A stretch of DNA of 64,000 nucleotides from Octopus vulgaris. Taxonomy: Eukaryota. Below the pieces are notes generated by a model that worked only from the letters and a program-made list of their open reading frames with translations, was not told the DNA's origin and did no database searches. The translations under genes and the position numbers were made by a program. This document shows positions 25,909-39,010 of the stretch, in pieces (position 1 is the first letter of the stretch; each line of letters opens with the position of its first letter). The stretch lies in assembly GCA_951406725.2 (NCBI GenBank), contig OX597818.1, positions 57,908,001-57,972,000 on the forward strand. The letters are read 5' to 3'.

Positions 25909-28250
25909 TTTACACATTGGTAATGAGCCCAATGCCACAACTCTTAAACAAAAGGACATGCCAAAGCTATGCAGGTATGATTATCACCAGGCAAATTGGG
26001 AAACTATTAACAACCAGTTAAAAATCATTGACTGGGATCTCTACCTTACTGGGCCAGATAAACACAAGAAATTCTTAAACAAGATCGAAGAAATATGTGA
26101 AAAAAATGTTCCTCTAAAGAAAACCAAGTCCAAAAAAAACCTGTACCACGGGAGCGAAAGATCCTGATGCGCAACAGGCCAAGACTAAGAAACAAAACAT
26201 CTAAGCTGACATCAAAACATGAATTACAGAAAGTCCTTGACCAAATATACAGATTAGAAGACAATCTAAAACAACACTATGATGAAGAACGTAACAATGC
26301 AGAAAAGAGAGCCATAGAAAACCTCAAGAAAAATCCAAAATGTTTCTACAGTTTTGCAAAGAAATACTCGAACACCAAGTCAACAATAGGACCTCTCCAG
26401 AGACAAAATGGGGATGTAGTGAATAACCCTATTGAAATGGCAGAAATGTTGGGTCAACAGTATGAAAGTGTCTTCAGTGAGCCATCTAAAACCATGAAGA
26501 TCCATGGCCCAGGAAAATTCTCCAAGGATATCGACCATACTAAACCTACCCTATCCGACATTGATTTCAACCCAGAAGACATAGCAAGAGCCATAGACAA
26601 GCTCTCCATGCACTCGGCTGCGGGGCCTGACGGTTTCAATGCCATGATACTTAAAAACTGCAAGGTACAATTGTCGAAACCCCTTTACATGATATGGAGG
26701 GAATCTATGGAGAATGGCAAAATACCAAATACATATAAAGAAGCACACATAACTCCAATACATAAAGGGGACAGCAAATCAAAACCAAAGAACTACCGAC
26801 CAATCTCACTGACATCACACATTATCAAGGTCTTCGAAAGAATAGTTCGTGGAAAACTGGTTGAGTTCCTGGAATCCAACAATCTGATGAATTGCAACCA
26901 GCATGGATTAAGGTTAGGTAGACCATGCCTTTCCCAACTACTGGCACACCATGACCAAATCCTAGAAAATCTAGAGAATGGATACAACACAGATGTTATC
27001 TACCTCGACTTTGCCAAGGCATTTGACAAGGTAGATCATGGCATCCTGGGTCACAAACTTCGAAAGCTAGGAGTAGGAGGAAAAGTTGGTACATGGATAC
27101 ATGAGTTCCTTACAAATAGAACTCAAACAGTCACTTTGAATGGAACCCATTCAACACCATCACCTGTGACCAGCAGTGTTCCTCAGAGTACTCGGCCCAA
27201 TCCTGTTTCTCATCCTCATCTCTGACATAGATGAAGATACAACCAGCAACGTCTCATCCTTTGCTGATGACACCAGGGTAATGAGAGAAATCAAAGACGA
27301 GGTGGATACAGAGGCCTTACAAAAGGACCTGACCACCATATATAAATGGCAGGAAACAAACAACATGTTGTTCAATGATAAGAAGTTTGAACTAATTCGC
27401 TACGAAACAGATCAAGATCTGAAAAATACAACAAACTACAGAAACCCATCAGGACAACAAATAATGGAAAAACAGTATGTGAAAGATTTAGGCATCCACA
27501 TGGGAACCAACCTAAAATTCAGAGAACACCTTGACTCAGTCTGTCTTACTGCAAGAAAGTACAGCGGGTGGATCTTGCGCACCTTCAAATCAAGAGATAC
27601 CTCAACAATGAAAACTCTCTGGAACAGTATGATACTTCCGAGGATTGACTACTGTTCTCAGTTGTGGTCACCAACAACAATGGGCCAACTATCTAAGATA
27701 GAATCGCTCCAAAGAAATTTTACCTCATACTTCTCAGAAACGAGAGACCTGGACTATTGGCAAAGACTCAAAACCTTGAGGATGTACTCAATAGAAAGAA
27801 GATTTGAGCGATACCGAATTATATACATTTGGAAAATGATAGAGCAGAAGGTGCCAAACTTTGGTATCAAAACCTACCACTCACTGCGCCACGGAAGACG
27901 CTGCCAGCTGCCACCAATCAACAAAAAGGCTGGCCAGGCAGCAAAAACCCTGCGAGAATCAAGTCTGTTGGTTCGAGGAGCACAACTGTTCAACTCCATT
28001 CCGGTACATGTCAGAAATCTATCAGGATGCAGTGTGGAATCATTCAAATTGCAACTGGATAGATACTTAAGCACCATTAGAGATGAACCCCATCTCCCAG
28101 GATATACACAACGAGCACAAACTGACTCAAACTCGCTCCTACACATGTCAAAACTAAGCAGAGAATACAACCTGGCAACCACACCAGACTCTGAGGGTGG
28201 AGTCTTCGACTTGGCCTGTGCATGGACACAAACCCAAATGAAATGAAATG

Positions 28251-28253
<3 letters not shown>
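25906..28253 (+). mobile_element. 5'-truncated CR1-group LINE in (TA)n, (AAATG)n tail
   Basis: RT motifs GPDG, NYRPISLTS, YLDFAKAFDKVDH, VPQ/VLGPILF, SFADDT; frameshifts near 26150 and 27190; no intact APE domain. Confidence 0.95.
26167..28246 (+). pseudogene. frameshifted LINE ORF2 reverse transcriptase
   Basis: ORFs 26167-27225 and 27176-28246 join at the PQG motif. Confidence 0.92.
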
Positions 28254-28287
<34 letters not shown>

Positions 28288-28288
<1 letters not shown>

Positions 28289-28380
28289 GAGCATGATGTG
28301 TCAATAATGTTCGTTTTGGTTCGCCGTTATCAGTGTGATATCTAGCGCACAAAATACAAGCGGTCTGGACATAACTTCGT
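28288..28380 (-). pseudogene. N-terminus of the same mariner transposase
   Basis: QNEHY*HIML resembles mariner EHFRHxML and is collinear with the segment at 25860 across the LINE. Confidence 0.55.
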
Positions 28381-29413
28381 GTCTAACTATGTTACTGTCA
28401 GGTATCTAACAAGGGCGCATGCGCATAGGGAAAGCGAATGAACATACTGGCCAATTTGTATTAAAGTATTTAAATTAATGTCCTCTATATCGCACAATAT
28501 GCTTGAAATACTGCAGGTTTCGATAATTCTCCGCACAAAAATATTGTATAATAACCACGTCCATTTTAAAGATCAACCGTCTGATTTTGAATTAAAAACA
28601 TGTCGCTCTACACAATTTGCATATATTGTTAAGAACTATTTTACAATTTCCAATTCTCAGTGGCTTGTTTAACAATTATTTGGGGATTGCTCCTGCGTTT
28701 GCCATTGCTCATCAATTGTATTTTATTATTGAAGTGTACATTCGTTGCATCTATAAATTATCCACTGCATATATTGAATATGGTGGGTCATGGATAATTT
28801 TCCAGTTAAGCCTATATATGTATGATCACCCCATCAATAAATAATATCATATCGGCGGCTGTATACATCAGCTGTTTTCACAATTCGCTTTTTTAAGGAC
28901 CAATTAGCTGCTTTCTACAGTTTTATAAGGTATATTATGATTGGGTAATAAATTCTTTACACTAAGTTTGTACATTTCATATGTTATAATTGAAAGTTTA
29001 CTTCGGGATGGATTGCAAATATCTACTGGAATGTGTTTTCACTATCTAATTATCTTTTCTCTGTCGTTCACTGTGAATTATTACTAAATCTTGTACCAAT
29101 TAGGTATGAATGAAAGATCATATGAGTATGGTACCCAGGTTCTGTCACATAAAATGAAGGAAATATTTATTATAAACACCATCGTCAAATATATGAAGCA
29201 TTCATTGAAAATATGCAGATTTGGTAACTCGTCCATTGAAGTTAACACTGACCGCATAGGAAAAAAAAACGAGTAGAGGTGTTGATTGAATCAGCCGAAT
29301 AATACAAGATATGTACCTTTACGAATGTTTAAAAGTAGATTGAAACCAATTAAGGTTCACATGCGAATATATCAACATGTAAAGTTCTCTCTTCCTTTTT
29401 AAGGTACCTAAAT

Positions 29414-29449
29414 TATCTCTAGTGAATGCGATAGCGAAACCGGTCGATA
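29414..29449 (+). ncRNA. hammerhead-like motif, variant core
   Basis: uauc-u-CUAGUGA-au-GC-gaua-GC-GAAA-CCGG-UC-gaua, about 130 bp before (TA)n. Confidence 0.45.
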
Positions 29450-29575
29450 TATTAAAAATTATATTAAAATCATGTAAGTGTGCGTATTTTCCTTTTTTAA
29501 TTTCTTAAATACATTACAACTCACCGCGTGGCGACAACCGAAATTCCTCTTTTCTGTTACTACTTCTACTACTAC

Positions 29576-29634
<59 letters not shown>

Positions 29635-30308
29635 AAGGTGTATGTGTGTGTGCATATGTATATATATATATATATATGATATTTTACTTCTTTTGATAAA
29701 TGATTTATATGGAATGTATATCACTATATTACTTATCTTCATCTGGTGATAATGAATCTTAAAACATTTTCACTTATATTTCCAAATATGCGTTAGCCAC
29801 ATCACATATGGTTCATACACAGCTAGACTCAACACTAACTAAGCATAATTTTATAATCTTTCATAATCTTATTATGAATATCCCAATGTTATATGACTCT
29901 CATTCAATCTAGTCTTTTGTAACAATATAATATTCCTCATATATATTCTTTTTGATGTATTCTTCTTTTTCACTGAGGAAAACGGTAAAATGTAATTAAT
30001 TTAACTATAATTATAATTAAATTACGTTTTAAGATTGTTTCCATGTTTCTTACATGTTAATATTAACACTTGAAAAGGTCGTATGCATGGATTAAAATTT
30101 TATGAAAGTTTTAACACCTTTATTTCACCATATTTAATTAGATGTTGAGTTTATATAGGAGACGTGTTCTATAAATGCTCATAACACATCTTATACTTGT
30201 AACATTTTCATGATTTAAAAAAGCTGGCAATTTGATATGATGCATCTGTATTAAAAATCTAAATTTTGGAACCCCCAAAAGTAAAGGACGAAATACAACT
30301 CAGCCTTT

Positions 30309-30373
<65 letters not shown>

Positions 30374-30767
30374 TATACATATATATATGTGTGTATATAT
30401 ATCATATATATGTATATATATGTGTATATATATATATATACATATATATACATATATATATATGTGTGTGTGTGTGTGTTTGTTTGTGTGCTTATGTGTG
30501 AGTGTGTGTGTGAGAGAGTGAGAGACACCTGATACATAATTGGGCATCGTCGTCTCAATAGACAAAGTCGAAATTTCTCGCTCCGAAATATTCACACTCG
30601 CGATTTAGGTTACTAACCCACTTGAAGTTCCTATACAAAGCTATTTATTTTGTCTTTTTAAAATTATATTATCCCTTCAGGAGCAAAGACTAAATTCAAG
30701 CTAACTATACGTGTATACGCGTGTTTATGCGTGTATGCGTGCCTCCTTGTTTTTTTTTCTGTGTCCC

Positions 30768-30801
30768 TTTCTGTAGAAGAGCGTAGGCTCGAAACGTAAA
30801 A
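30768..30801 (+). ncRNA. minimal hammerhead-like motif, CUGUAGA core
   Basis: uuu-CUGUAGA-A-GAGC-guag-GCUC-GAAA-CG-UA-aaa. Confidence 0.6.
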
Positions 30802-30903
30802 TACTATTTTATATTCCTGAGCGTTTTGTACACCACCTGTCTTCGTGTTTTTTTTTTCGTAAACTTTTATTTTATATACATATATATATATATACATATA
30901 TAT

Positions 30904-31230
30904 GTGGTGGCGCAATGGCCCAGTGGTTAGGGCAGCGGACTCGCGGTCATAGGATCGCGGTTTCGATTCGCAGACCGGGCGTTGTAAGTGTTTATTGAGC
31001 GAAAACACCTAAAAGGGATGGTGGTGGTCCCTGCTGTACTCTTTCATCACAACTTTCTCTCACTCTTACTTCCTGTTTCGTATTGTCACTTTCTGTGTCA
31101 CGCTGAATATCCCCGAGGGTACACGTGTCTGTGGAGTGCTCAGCCACTTACACGTTAATTTCACGAGCAGGCTGTTCCGTTGATTCGGATCAACCGGAAC
31201 CCTCGTCGTCGTAACCGACGGAGTGCTTCC
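30904..31230 (+). mobile_element. SINE-B with internal deletions
   Basis: Homology to 61041-61424. Confidence 0.9.
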
Positions 31231-31733
31231 ATGCATATATAAATGTATATATGGCTGCATGTGTGCTCTAATGTATTTTCCATACATTTATGGTTTGGAA
31301 TAAACCATGTCTTCTTTTTCTTCTCTCTTTCACTTGTTAGCCTCTAAGCCAGTTAAGTGTTGGCTTCATACAACCGTTCTTTCAAGCAGTGAAACTTTAG
31401 GCGTGAATTACGGAGTGATTAAGAATGAGATTAATATGGCGAATCACTGCACAAAATAGCAACAGTTACAGTATTTAATTTTGAATTAATGATTAGGTGA
31501 TTAGTGATCCAGAACATTAACATCACACGCCTTGTAAGTTTCAATATCAGCAAAATTATCCACAGAACGGCCTCGGTATATTACCTCTCTGTAACTTGAG
31601 TTAATATACGAGAATGTAATGACCTATTTAATAGATATAAAATATTATGTTTTTGCGGGGAAGGGAAATTGGGAAAGCAGAATAGAACTGAATTCGATCT
31701 ATTTCTGTAAAAGTATATGGAATTTATACTAGA

Positions 31734-32137
31734 CTAGCAGTATCGCCCGGCGTTGCTCGGGTTTGTAAGGGAAGTAACTATATAAGCATTTTTAGAGCGT
31801 TATAGGAAAAAAATAGCAAAAACATGCATTAATAATGGAAAAAAAATGATGGTAAATTTTTTTTTTAAATCGTTGACTCATCGTAGACATTTTTAGAGAG
31901 TTTCTTCCCTTATATAATAGCGAAAAAATGCATTAAAATGGAAAAAAAAATGATGGTAATTTTTTTAAAAATCGTAGACTCATCGTAGACGCGCGCTAAT
32001 ACTCAGACGGGCTTGATATGAATCACGACTATAAGATACCCAGTTTTGGTTAAACTGCACCGCAAAATGTGGGAGTAGTTAGGAATCTAAATCGTAGGAG
32101 ACAGACACTCACACAACTTCACTTTTATAAATAAAGA
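31734..32137 (-). mobile_element. non-autonomous Helitron
   Basis: Minus strand: A|TC start, subterminal hairpin cccgagcaacgccggg, CTAG|T end, no TSD; internal ~100-bp tandem duplication. Confidence 0.85.
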
Positions 32138-32611
32138 TTAATTTTATTAGGTCTACCGTATTCACTCAAAATATGCATAAACAAACAATTCACGCAGCAG
32201 ACTGCAGGTGATAATCAGGTACAAAGAAATAGAAAAATCTACATGGTGTTAAAAATACCAACAGTCTAGTATTTTTTCTGCCTTACAGCAAAATCCCAAT
32301 CGATTTTCTTAGATCGGTCTAAGATTCCATAAAACTCAAGCGAACAGTTATAAATAAATGCAAAAGAAATAACAAAACAACATCGACTGAATAATATTAG
32401 TAATAGACACTTTGGTACTAGACTAGATGAGCATCATAAGATTGTTTTTCTTTAGGATATCGGTGTAGTTGAATATTATGTGAACTAAAATGGAATGTGT
32501 TGAAGTAGTCTGAAAGAAAACTTGATAAGCTTAATAAATGTGTGGTATTATTAAGTCAGTTTTCTGAAACTAAATTATAGTTCCAGACAGACTGGAATTA
32601 TGATAAAAATA

Positions 32612-32965
32612 TTTATTCTACTCTAGGCACAAGGCCCGACATTTTTAGGGAGGAGGCCAGTCGATTAGATCGACCCCAGTACATAACTGGTGCTTTAATT
32701 TATCGACCCGGCGGAATTTTAACTCAGAACATAAGACAGACGAAATACCTGTTTCTTTACTACCCACAAAGGACTAAACACGGAGAGAACAAACAGGGAC
32801 AGACAAACGGATTAAGTCGATTATATTGACTTCAGTGCGTAATCGACCCCGAAAGGATGAAAGGCAAAGTCGACCTCGGCGGAATTTGAACTCAGAACGT
32901 AGTGGCAGACGAAATACTGCTAAGCATTTCGCCCGGCGAGCTAGCATTTCTGCCAGCACGCCGCC
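32612..32965 (-). mobile_element. SINE-C dimer (tail-2 unit then tail-1 unit)
   Basis: Junction aaagaaaca|ggtatttcg at 32749/32750. Confidence 0.85.
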
Positions 32966-33084
32966 TCTTCTGATAAAGATATTATTTTCTACTCTAGGTA
33001 AAAGGCCCGACTTTTTTTTGTTGGATGTATTTATACTCATACATACACATGTATATGTATGTATATACTCACATCCATACATAT

Positions 33085-33265
33085 GCAGTTGCGTATCGAT
33101 ATTTTTCGTCTGTGTTTGCCTCCCCACTGCCTGGCAACTGCTGCCGATGTGTTTTCATCCGCGTCGCTTAGCGCTATTTAAAAAATAAGGACATTGGTCG
33201 ATTGATCCGACGAAAATTCTGAAAGGCAATGCCTCAGTATGGCCGTAGTCTATTGACTGTAAAAA
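33085..33265 (+). mobile_element. diverged SINE-A 3' half
   Basis: gtctgtgtttgcctcccc...aaggcaatgcctcagtatggccgtagtc. Confidence 0.55.
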
Positions 33266-33275
33266 AATATATATA

Positions 33276-34435
33276 CAGGGAACACAAAGTATTTGAGGAC
33301 ATACCATTTTGGGGTCATTGCTGCACTTTTTCTAACGCTGTATAACACTGGATGATCTTTGTTTCAAAAAAATAATAATGGCAGACCCTCAGCTTACTCA
33401 AGAAATGAAGAGGCATGCTGTTATTGTGATTATAAAGGCTGAACATAGGGATTTAAAAATATCGTGATTTTTAAAAATTGCTCGATTTTTCGTCTACAAA
33501 GTTTGTAAGGAGCTAGAAACTGAAGATGAAAAAGTATCGCCAGTATCAGAGTATAAAAATCATTCTAAATGCTCTGAAATCATCAGAACACCTGAATTCA
33601 TCCAGCAAGTTCAACAGAGCATTGCTCACAATCCCAGAAAGTCTATGAGGTGAGAAATGGTGTCCACAATGACATCAGATATAAGTTTTATATGATGAGG
33701 AAAGTTCAGTTGTCAGAAAAAGCAAAAGAAAATCATTACATCAGATCTAAATGGCTCGTAAACTGACTGAAAAACTCAGCAGAGGATTTGATTTGGTCTT
33801 TCTCAAACGGGAAAAAATGTCGACCAAGAAAAGCTTTGACCAAGATCAAAAAGCGAACAGAAGAAATGACAGATGGGTATGTGCAGTTCTTGGTGTTATG
33901 CAACTATCATGGTTTTAGGGGTTATCAGCAATGAAGGGCGTGATGCCTCCGTACTTCTTTCTACAAGGACCTAGCGCCCTGGATAGACAGTGTATGCAAC
34001 GTAGGCCATTTATATTACAGTAAAACTCTGCACTATTACACAAGGTTCTAGTAACACAGTAATGGATGCCTGAAAATGTTCATGGTCATATAACGCTTAA
34101 CATTTGACCTCTTAATTCACCAGATCTCAAACCTTTGGACTATTACATTTTGGAGCTCTGTTGAGAGAACACGCCCATGACACCAACGATTCCTTGAAAG
34201 CCGCCCTTCACTGAATAATGTAAAAAATGAACCAGGACCACTTGATTCAAGCATGTAGATGATTAAGATCTCATATAGAAGCAGTGGTTGAAGCTGAAGG
34301 TGGCTTTATTGAATAACATTATAGAAAAGAAGGCTTATCCTCATAGTATTTTTCATAAATAAAGATATTATCTGTTATCATATATATCTTTTTTTTATAA
34401 ACATAAATCTGTCCTCAAATATCTTGCGCATCCTG
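33276..34435 (+). mobile_element. Tc1/mariner-superfamily transposon (DDxD, maT-like), decayed
   Basis: TA-flanked imperfect TIRs cagggaacacaaagtatttgaggaca / caggatgcgcaagatatttgaggaca; pseudo-ORF 33378-34316 with NRRNDRW, MVLGVISNEG, PLNSPDLKPLDYY, IEAVVEAEGGFIE*. Confidence 0.88.
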
Positions 34436-34524
34436 TATATCCATGCACGAGTAAGGGATATAAATGCAAGGTCGGTAAAAATATTCCTCGAAGTTAGAGT
34501 AATATGATTCTTGTATTTTACTGA

Positions 34525-34681
34525 AGCTGCAAAATAAAAACAAAAGAAATCGCAAAAACATCTGCAACTCCGTGTTTCACGTTCCCCTTCGTCGAGCAAC
34601 TGTGATACGGTATCACAACTGCTCGCGTCCAACGGGAACGTGAAACTCTAAATAGCAGTTTTTTGTGATGTTTTTGCAGCT
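34525..34681. repeat. imperfect ~157-bp foldback palindrome
   Basis: Nested pairs agctgcaaaa/ttttgcagct, gtttcacgttccc/gggaacgtgaaac, cgagca/tgctcg, tgtgatac-g-gtatcaca. Confidence 0.85.
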
Positions 34682-34729
34682 ACAATATAAAGGCATATCT
34701 CTCTCTCTCTCAATCTATCTATCTATCTG

Positions 34730-34820
<91 letters not shown>

Positions 34821-34858
34821 GTCTGTCTGTCTGTCTGTCTGCCTGCATGCCTGCCTGC

Positions 34859-34896
<38 letters not shown>

Positions 34897-35385
34897 ATCT
34901 ATCTATCTATCAATCTCTCTCTCTCTCTCTCTCACTCTCTTTATATATATATATATATATTTGCGTGTGTATGTTTATCGGTATGTGTGTGCTTGTTTAT
35001 GTGTGTGTGTGTGTTTATATGTATAGGATAAGGCTGTAATTGTAAAGGAAGAATTTAGTCTTAAAAAGTAAAAAAATATATAATTTCATGCTTTCTTAAC
35101 ACAATTAATTACAAATTCCCCAAACTAGAAGCAATCCTGATGGACGCTGCAACATAGTTGCACTTTTTACCTATGTTATGTTTAATTGGCGATTGTATGG
35201 ATTGCTTCTGTCAACAAACATAGTGTACATAATTTTGCTGGCAAAATAGTTTTTCTTTATTTCTTCGCTCATATAACTGTATGTCTGGTTATTGATTTCG
35301 ACCGTGGGAATATGCGTTTCAGACCAATTCCGTCAACCAAATCCCCAAGCTAAAAACTGATATCTATGGGCTGTATGAAACACGT

Positions 35386-35770
35386 GTGGAGGCGCAATGT
35401 CCCAGTGGTTAGGGCAGCGGACTCGCGGTCTTAGGATCGCGGTTTCGATTCCCAGACCTGGCGTTGTGAGTGTTTATTGAGCGAAAACACATAAAAAGCT
35501 CCACGAGGCTCCGGCAGGGATGGTGGTGATCCCTGCTGTACTCTTTCACCACAACTTTCTCTCACTCTTACTTCCTGTTTCTGTTGTACCTGTATTTCAA
35601 AGGGCCGGCCTTGTATCTCTCTGTGTCACGCTGAATATCCCCGAGAACTACGTTAAGGGTGCACGTGACTGTGGAGTGCTCAGCCACTTACACGTTAATT
35701 TCACGAGCAGGCTGTTCAGTTGATTCGGATCAACCGGAACCCGCATCGTCATAACCGACGGAGTGCTTCC
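35386..35770 (+). mobile_element. SINE-B, full length, 11-bp TSD
   Basis: TSD atgaaacacgt at 35375-35385 and 35774-35784. Confidence 0.93.
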
Positions 35771-35975
35771 ATCATGAAACACGTAGCCCTTATCGATGAC
35801 ACGTGGATTATTCAGAAAATATGCAGAGAGGCTATAATGCTATGGAAATTGTTGTTGCCGTATCAATTACATCACAGCCCAGATAACGATATCTTATGAG
35901 ATGTAAATAAATAATAATAATAATAATAATATCTTAACGGCTGAATTATGTAATTAAAAAAAAAATTACTCTTTA

Positions 35976-36163
35976 GTAAGCAAATCGACCCCAGGACTTA
36001 CTCTTTGGAAGCCTAGTATTCATTCTATCAGCTATTTTTTGCCGAACCGCTAGGTTATGGGGACGTAAACACACCAGCATCGGTTGTCAGTCGATGCTGG
36101 GGGAACAAACACAGACACTAAAACATAAACACACACAAGCATATATATACATATATATACACC

Positions 36164-36241
<78 letters not shown>

Positions 36242-36408
36242 TATATACGACGGGTTTCATTCAGTTTCCGTCTACCAAATACACTCACAAGGCTTTGGTC
36301 GGCTCGAGGCTATAGTACAAGACACTTGCCCTAGTTTCCACGCAGTGAGAACGAACCAGGACAATGTGGTTGGTAAGGATGATACTTGCCACACAGCCAC
36401 TCCTGCGC
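35976..36408 (-). mobile_element. SINE-A lacking most of the tail
   Basis: Homology; expanded internal microsatellite. Confidence 0.85.
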
Positions 36409-36485
36409 TTATCATATGATGAATATGGTCAGCCCAAAGCCTTGATTTGATTTCCAAAGATTGCAATTATTAAGATAGTCTAACA

Positions 36486-36757
36486 CGATGGTTCCGAAAG
36501 TGGGCGCTTTTACCCCTCTGCCAGCAGTGGAAAGTTCCAAGGGAGAGGAAATTCACGTAAAAAAAAAATTGGGGATAATAGCGTAAAACAAAAACATAAG
36601 GGTCTCATTAGGTTAAATTTTATTTGTTGAATACAGCTGCTTTGAATTTGCTTCAGAAAGAGGTTTACATTTGTGATGGTTAGTTTTGGATAGGGGAACT
36701 TGGAATGTGGCCTGGGTGTCAAGGAGGCGGCAAAACGAAAACGTTTGGGAACAACTG
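36486..36757. mobile_element. hAT (Charlie-like) MITE
   Basis: TIRs cgatggttccgaaa / tttgggaacaactg resemble CAGTGGTTCCCAAA; 8-bp TSD gtctaaca / gcctaaca. Confidence 0.75.
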
Positions 36758-37504
36758 GCCTAACAGAATGCAATTTTCAAACTTTAACAATTTATCATGA
36801 TATTCTCGAGTAAAATAGTAATACAATTATAATCTTGTGCTTCACGCTAGCCTAACGTTTGAAATACTATTTAAGAAGGTAAACTACGATATTGCGTGAT
36901 TCATTTTCTTTTTAGATAAACCTTGTAAGTTTAAGAACATTGCCCTCTATCCACATGCATATCGAAATGTGTTTCTCCATCAAATGGGAGAGCGCAAATA
37001 GCAATGGGATACATTGTAAAATGAATGATCCTCTGTGTTTTTAAAAAGGAGACTTACAAGTATTCAAAGAGCAGTTCTAAATGTTAATTGAAAATTATTG
37101 AAATTCATGTATGTTAGAATATTCAATAAAATTTGGGCGTTTCTCGTAGCTGTTATATTAATTACGTGGCTAAGAAGTCATCAGGGTTCATTAATGCTCT
37201 ATAACTGGGGGATTTAATTTTAATCAAAAGTGAATTATTCACTAATCCATCTATGCTGAGACAACGGTTTTTAATTATTCAATAAAATGCAATGTTCAGA
37301 TGTTTGAATAGAATACATTGGATCATTCCCATTTAAAGTAGATATAAATAATTCAGCAATTTCTCGTCTATGCTTCATATAAGTCATAGAAATGTTTTGT
37401 GAAGTAATTATAAAAAAGGATACGGGCTACTGATATAAAACATGAATATTCAAGGTACGGCCCTTCAAGAATTTTAGTTAAATTAAGTGGTCCCTGTATA
37501 TATT

Positions 37505-37745
37505 TTCTTTAAGCGTAATACTTATTCTACAGTTCTTCTTAGCTGAACAGCTAAATTACTGGGTTCGTAAACACACCAACATCGGTTATCAGACAGGGGA
37601 CAAAAACAGATACTAAGACATACACATATAGGATTGTTTTTTTTTTCAGTTTCCGTCAACTATATCCACTGACACGGCCTTGGTAGACCCAAGATTATTA
37701 TAGAAGGCCCTTGGTCAGTATGGCACGTAGTGACACTCGACCGTT
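37505..37745 (-). mobile_element. diverged SINE-A
   Basis: gtaaacacaccaacatcggtt, ttcagtttccgtcaac. Confidence 0.65.
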
Positions 37746-37899
37746 CTTGTTGGGAAATAGTGAAAATTCATAGAAGCAGCTATGTGCAACATCAAACCAA
37801 TGGTAGTCTGGTTACCCCACGGAAAAGTACACATATATACAAACATACACACACAGTCACACGCACACACACATACACACACACATACACACACATATA

Positions 37900-38450
37900 C
37901 AGGGTGTCTCAAAAAAATGTATACACAAAGTGGTTCGGCAAAAGAGAACGATAGAATAAGTACTAGGCTTACAAAGAATAACAAATTTACAATTATTTAA
38001 GGTGTACTCTTTTTTTACTCTTTTTACTTGTTTCAGTCATTTGATTGCGGCCATGCTGGAGCACCGCCTTTAGTCGAGCAACTCGACCCCGGGACTTATT
38101 CTTTGTAAGCCCAGTACTTATTCTATCGGTCTCTTTTGCCGAACCGCTAAGTGACGGGGACGTAAATACACCAGCATCGGTTGTCAAGCAATGCTAGGGG
38201 AACAAACACAGACACACAAACATATTCACACACACTTATATATATATATACATATATACGACAGGCTTCTTTCTATTTCCGTCTACCAAATCCACTCACA
38301 AGGCATTGGTCGGCCCGGGGCTATAGCAGAAGACACTTGCCCAAGATGCCACGCAGTGGGACTGAACCCGGAACCATGTGGTTGGTTAGCAAGCTACTTA
38401 CCAAACAGCCACTCCTGCGCTGTGTGTATACATTTTTTTGGGACACCCTG
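37900..38450. mobile_element. MITE-like unit: 28-bp Tc1/mariner-type TIRs and TA TSD enclosing SINE-A sequence
   Basis: ta-cagggtgtctcaaaaaaatgtatacaca ... tgtgtatacatttttttgggacaccctg-ta (1 mismatch). Confidence 0.85.
38006..38420 (-). mobile_element. SINE-A, full length, inside the TIR pair
   Basis: Homology. Confidence 0.9.
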
Positions 38451-38972
38451 TATATATGGACAAAAAATCAGAAATGTCATTTACAGTGGGGAAGCACAAA
38501 GAGACGGCGATCATCGGTGAAAATGTACGCATATAGGTACATAAATTACATACATATACACATACCCACTTTGATTTTAATGGAATGTATTTAAAAAGCT
38601 CGACTCATAGAGATCCTATCAAGTTCGGTTTCTGCTCGGGATTAAATTTCTTGCAGGTAATTGTCATAAAGCAAAAAAACAGTGTGTAAATGGCGTAAAG
38701 CGACGTAGATTATCCATTAGAAATTTACTTCCAAACATATTACTTCTCGTTCATATAGTTGCTTCTGACTATTTTGTCGTTAATCGAGTGGTTTGTGTTT
38801 GCATGGAATTTGAACTAAACAGTATAATCATTCTCTAATCACACCACAACCAAGTTACCTCCAGTAAACACCCACTTATTTTCTCCCCGTCTCTCTTTAC
38901 ACACACATACACACACTCTGTCTCTCTCTATCTCTCCCTATTTCTCTTTCTTTGTGTTTCTGTTTCTCTGTC

Positions 38973-39010
<38 letters not shown>

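Noticed and set aside
26167-28246. Active LINE or domesticated RT gene
   Set aside because: 5'-truncated, endonuclease missing, frameshift in the PQG motif
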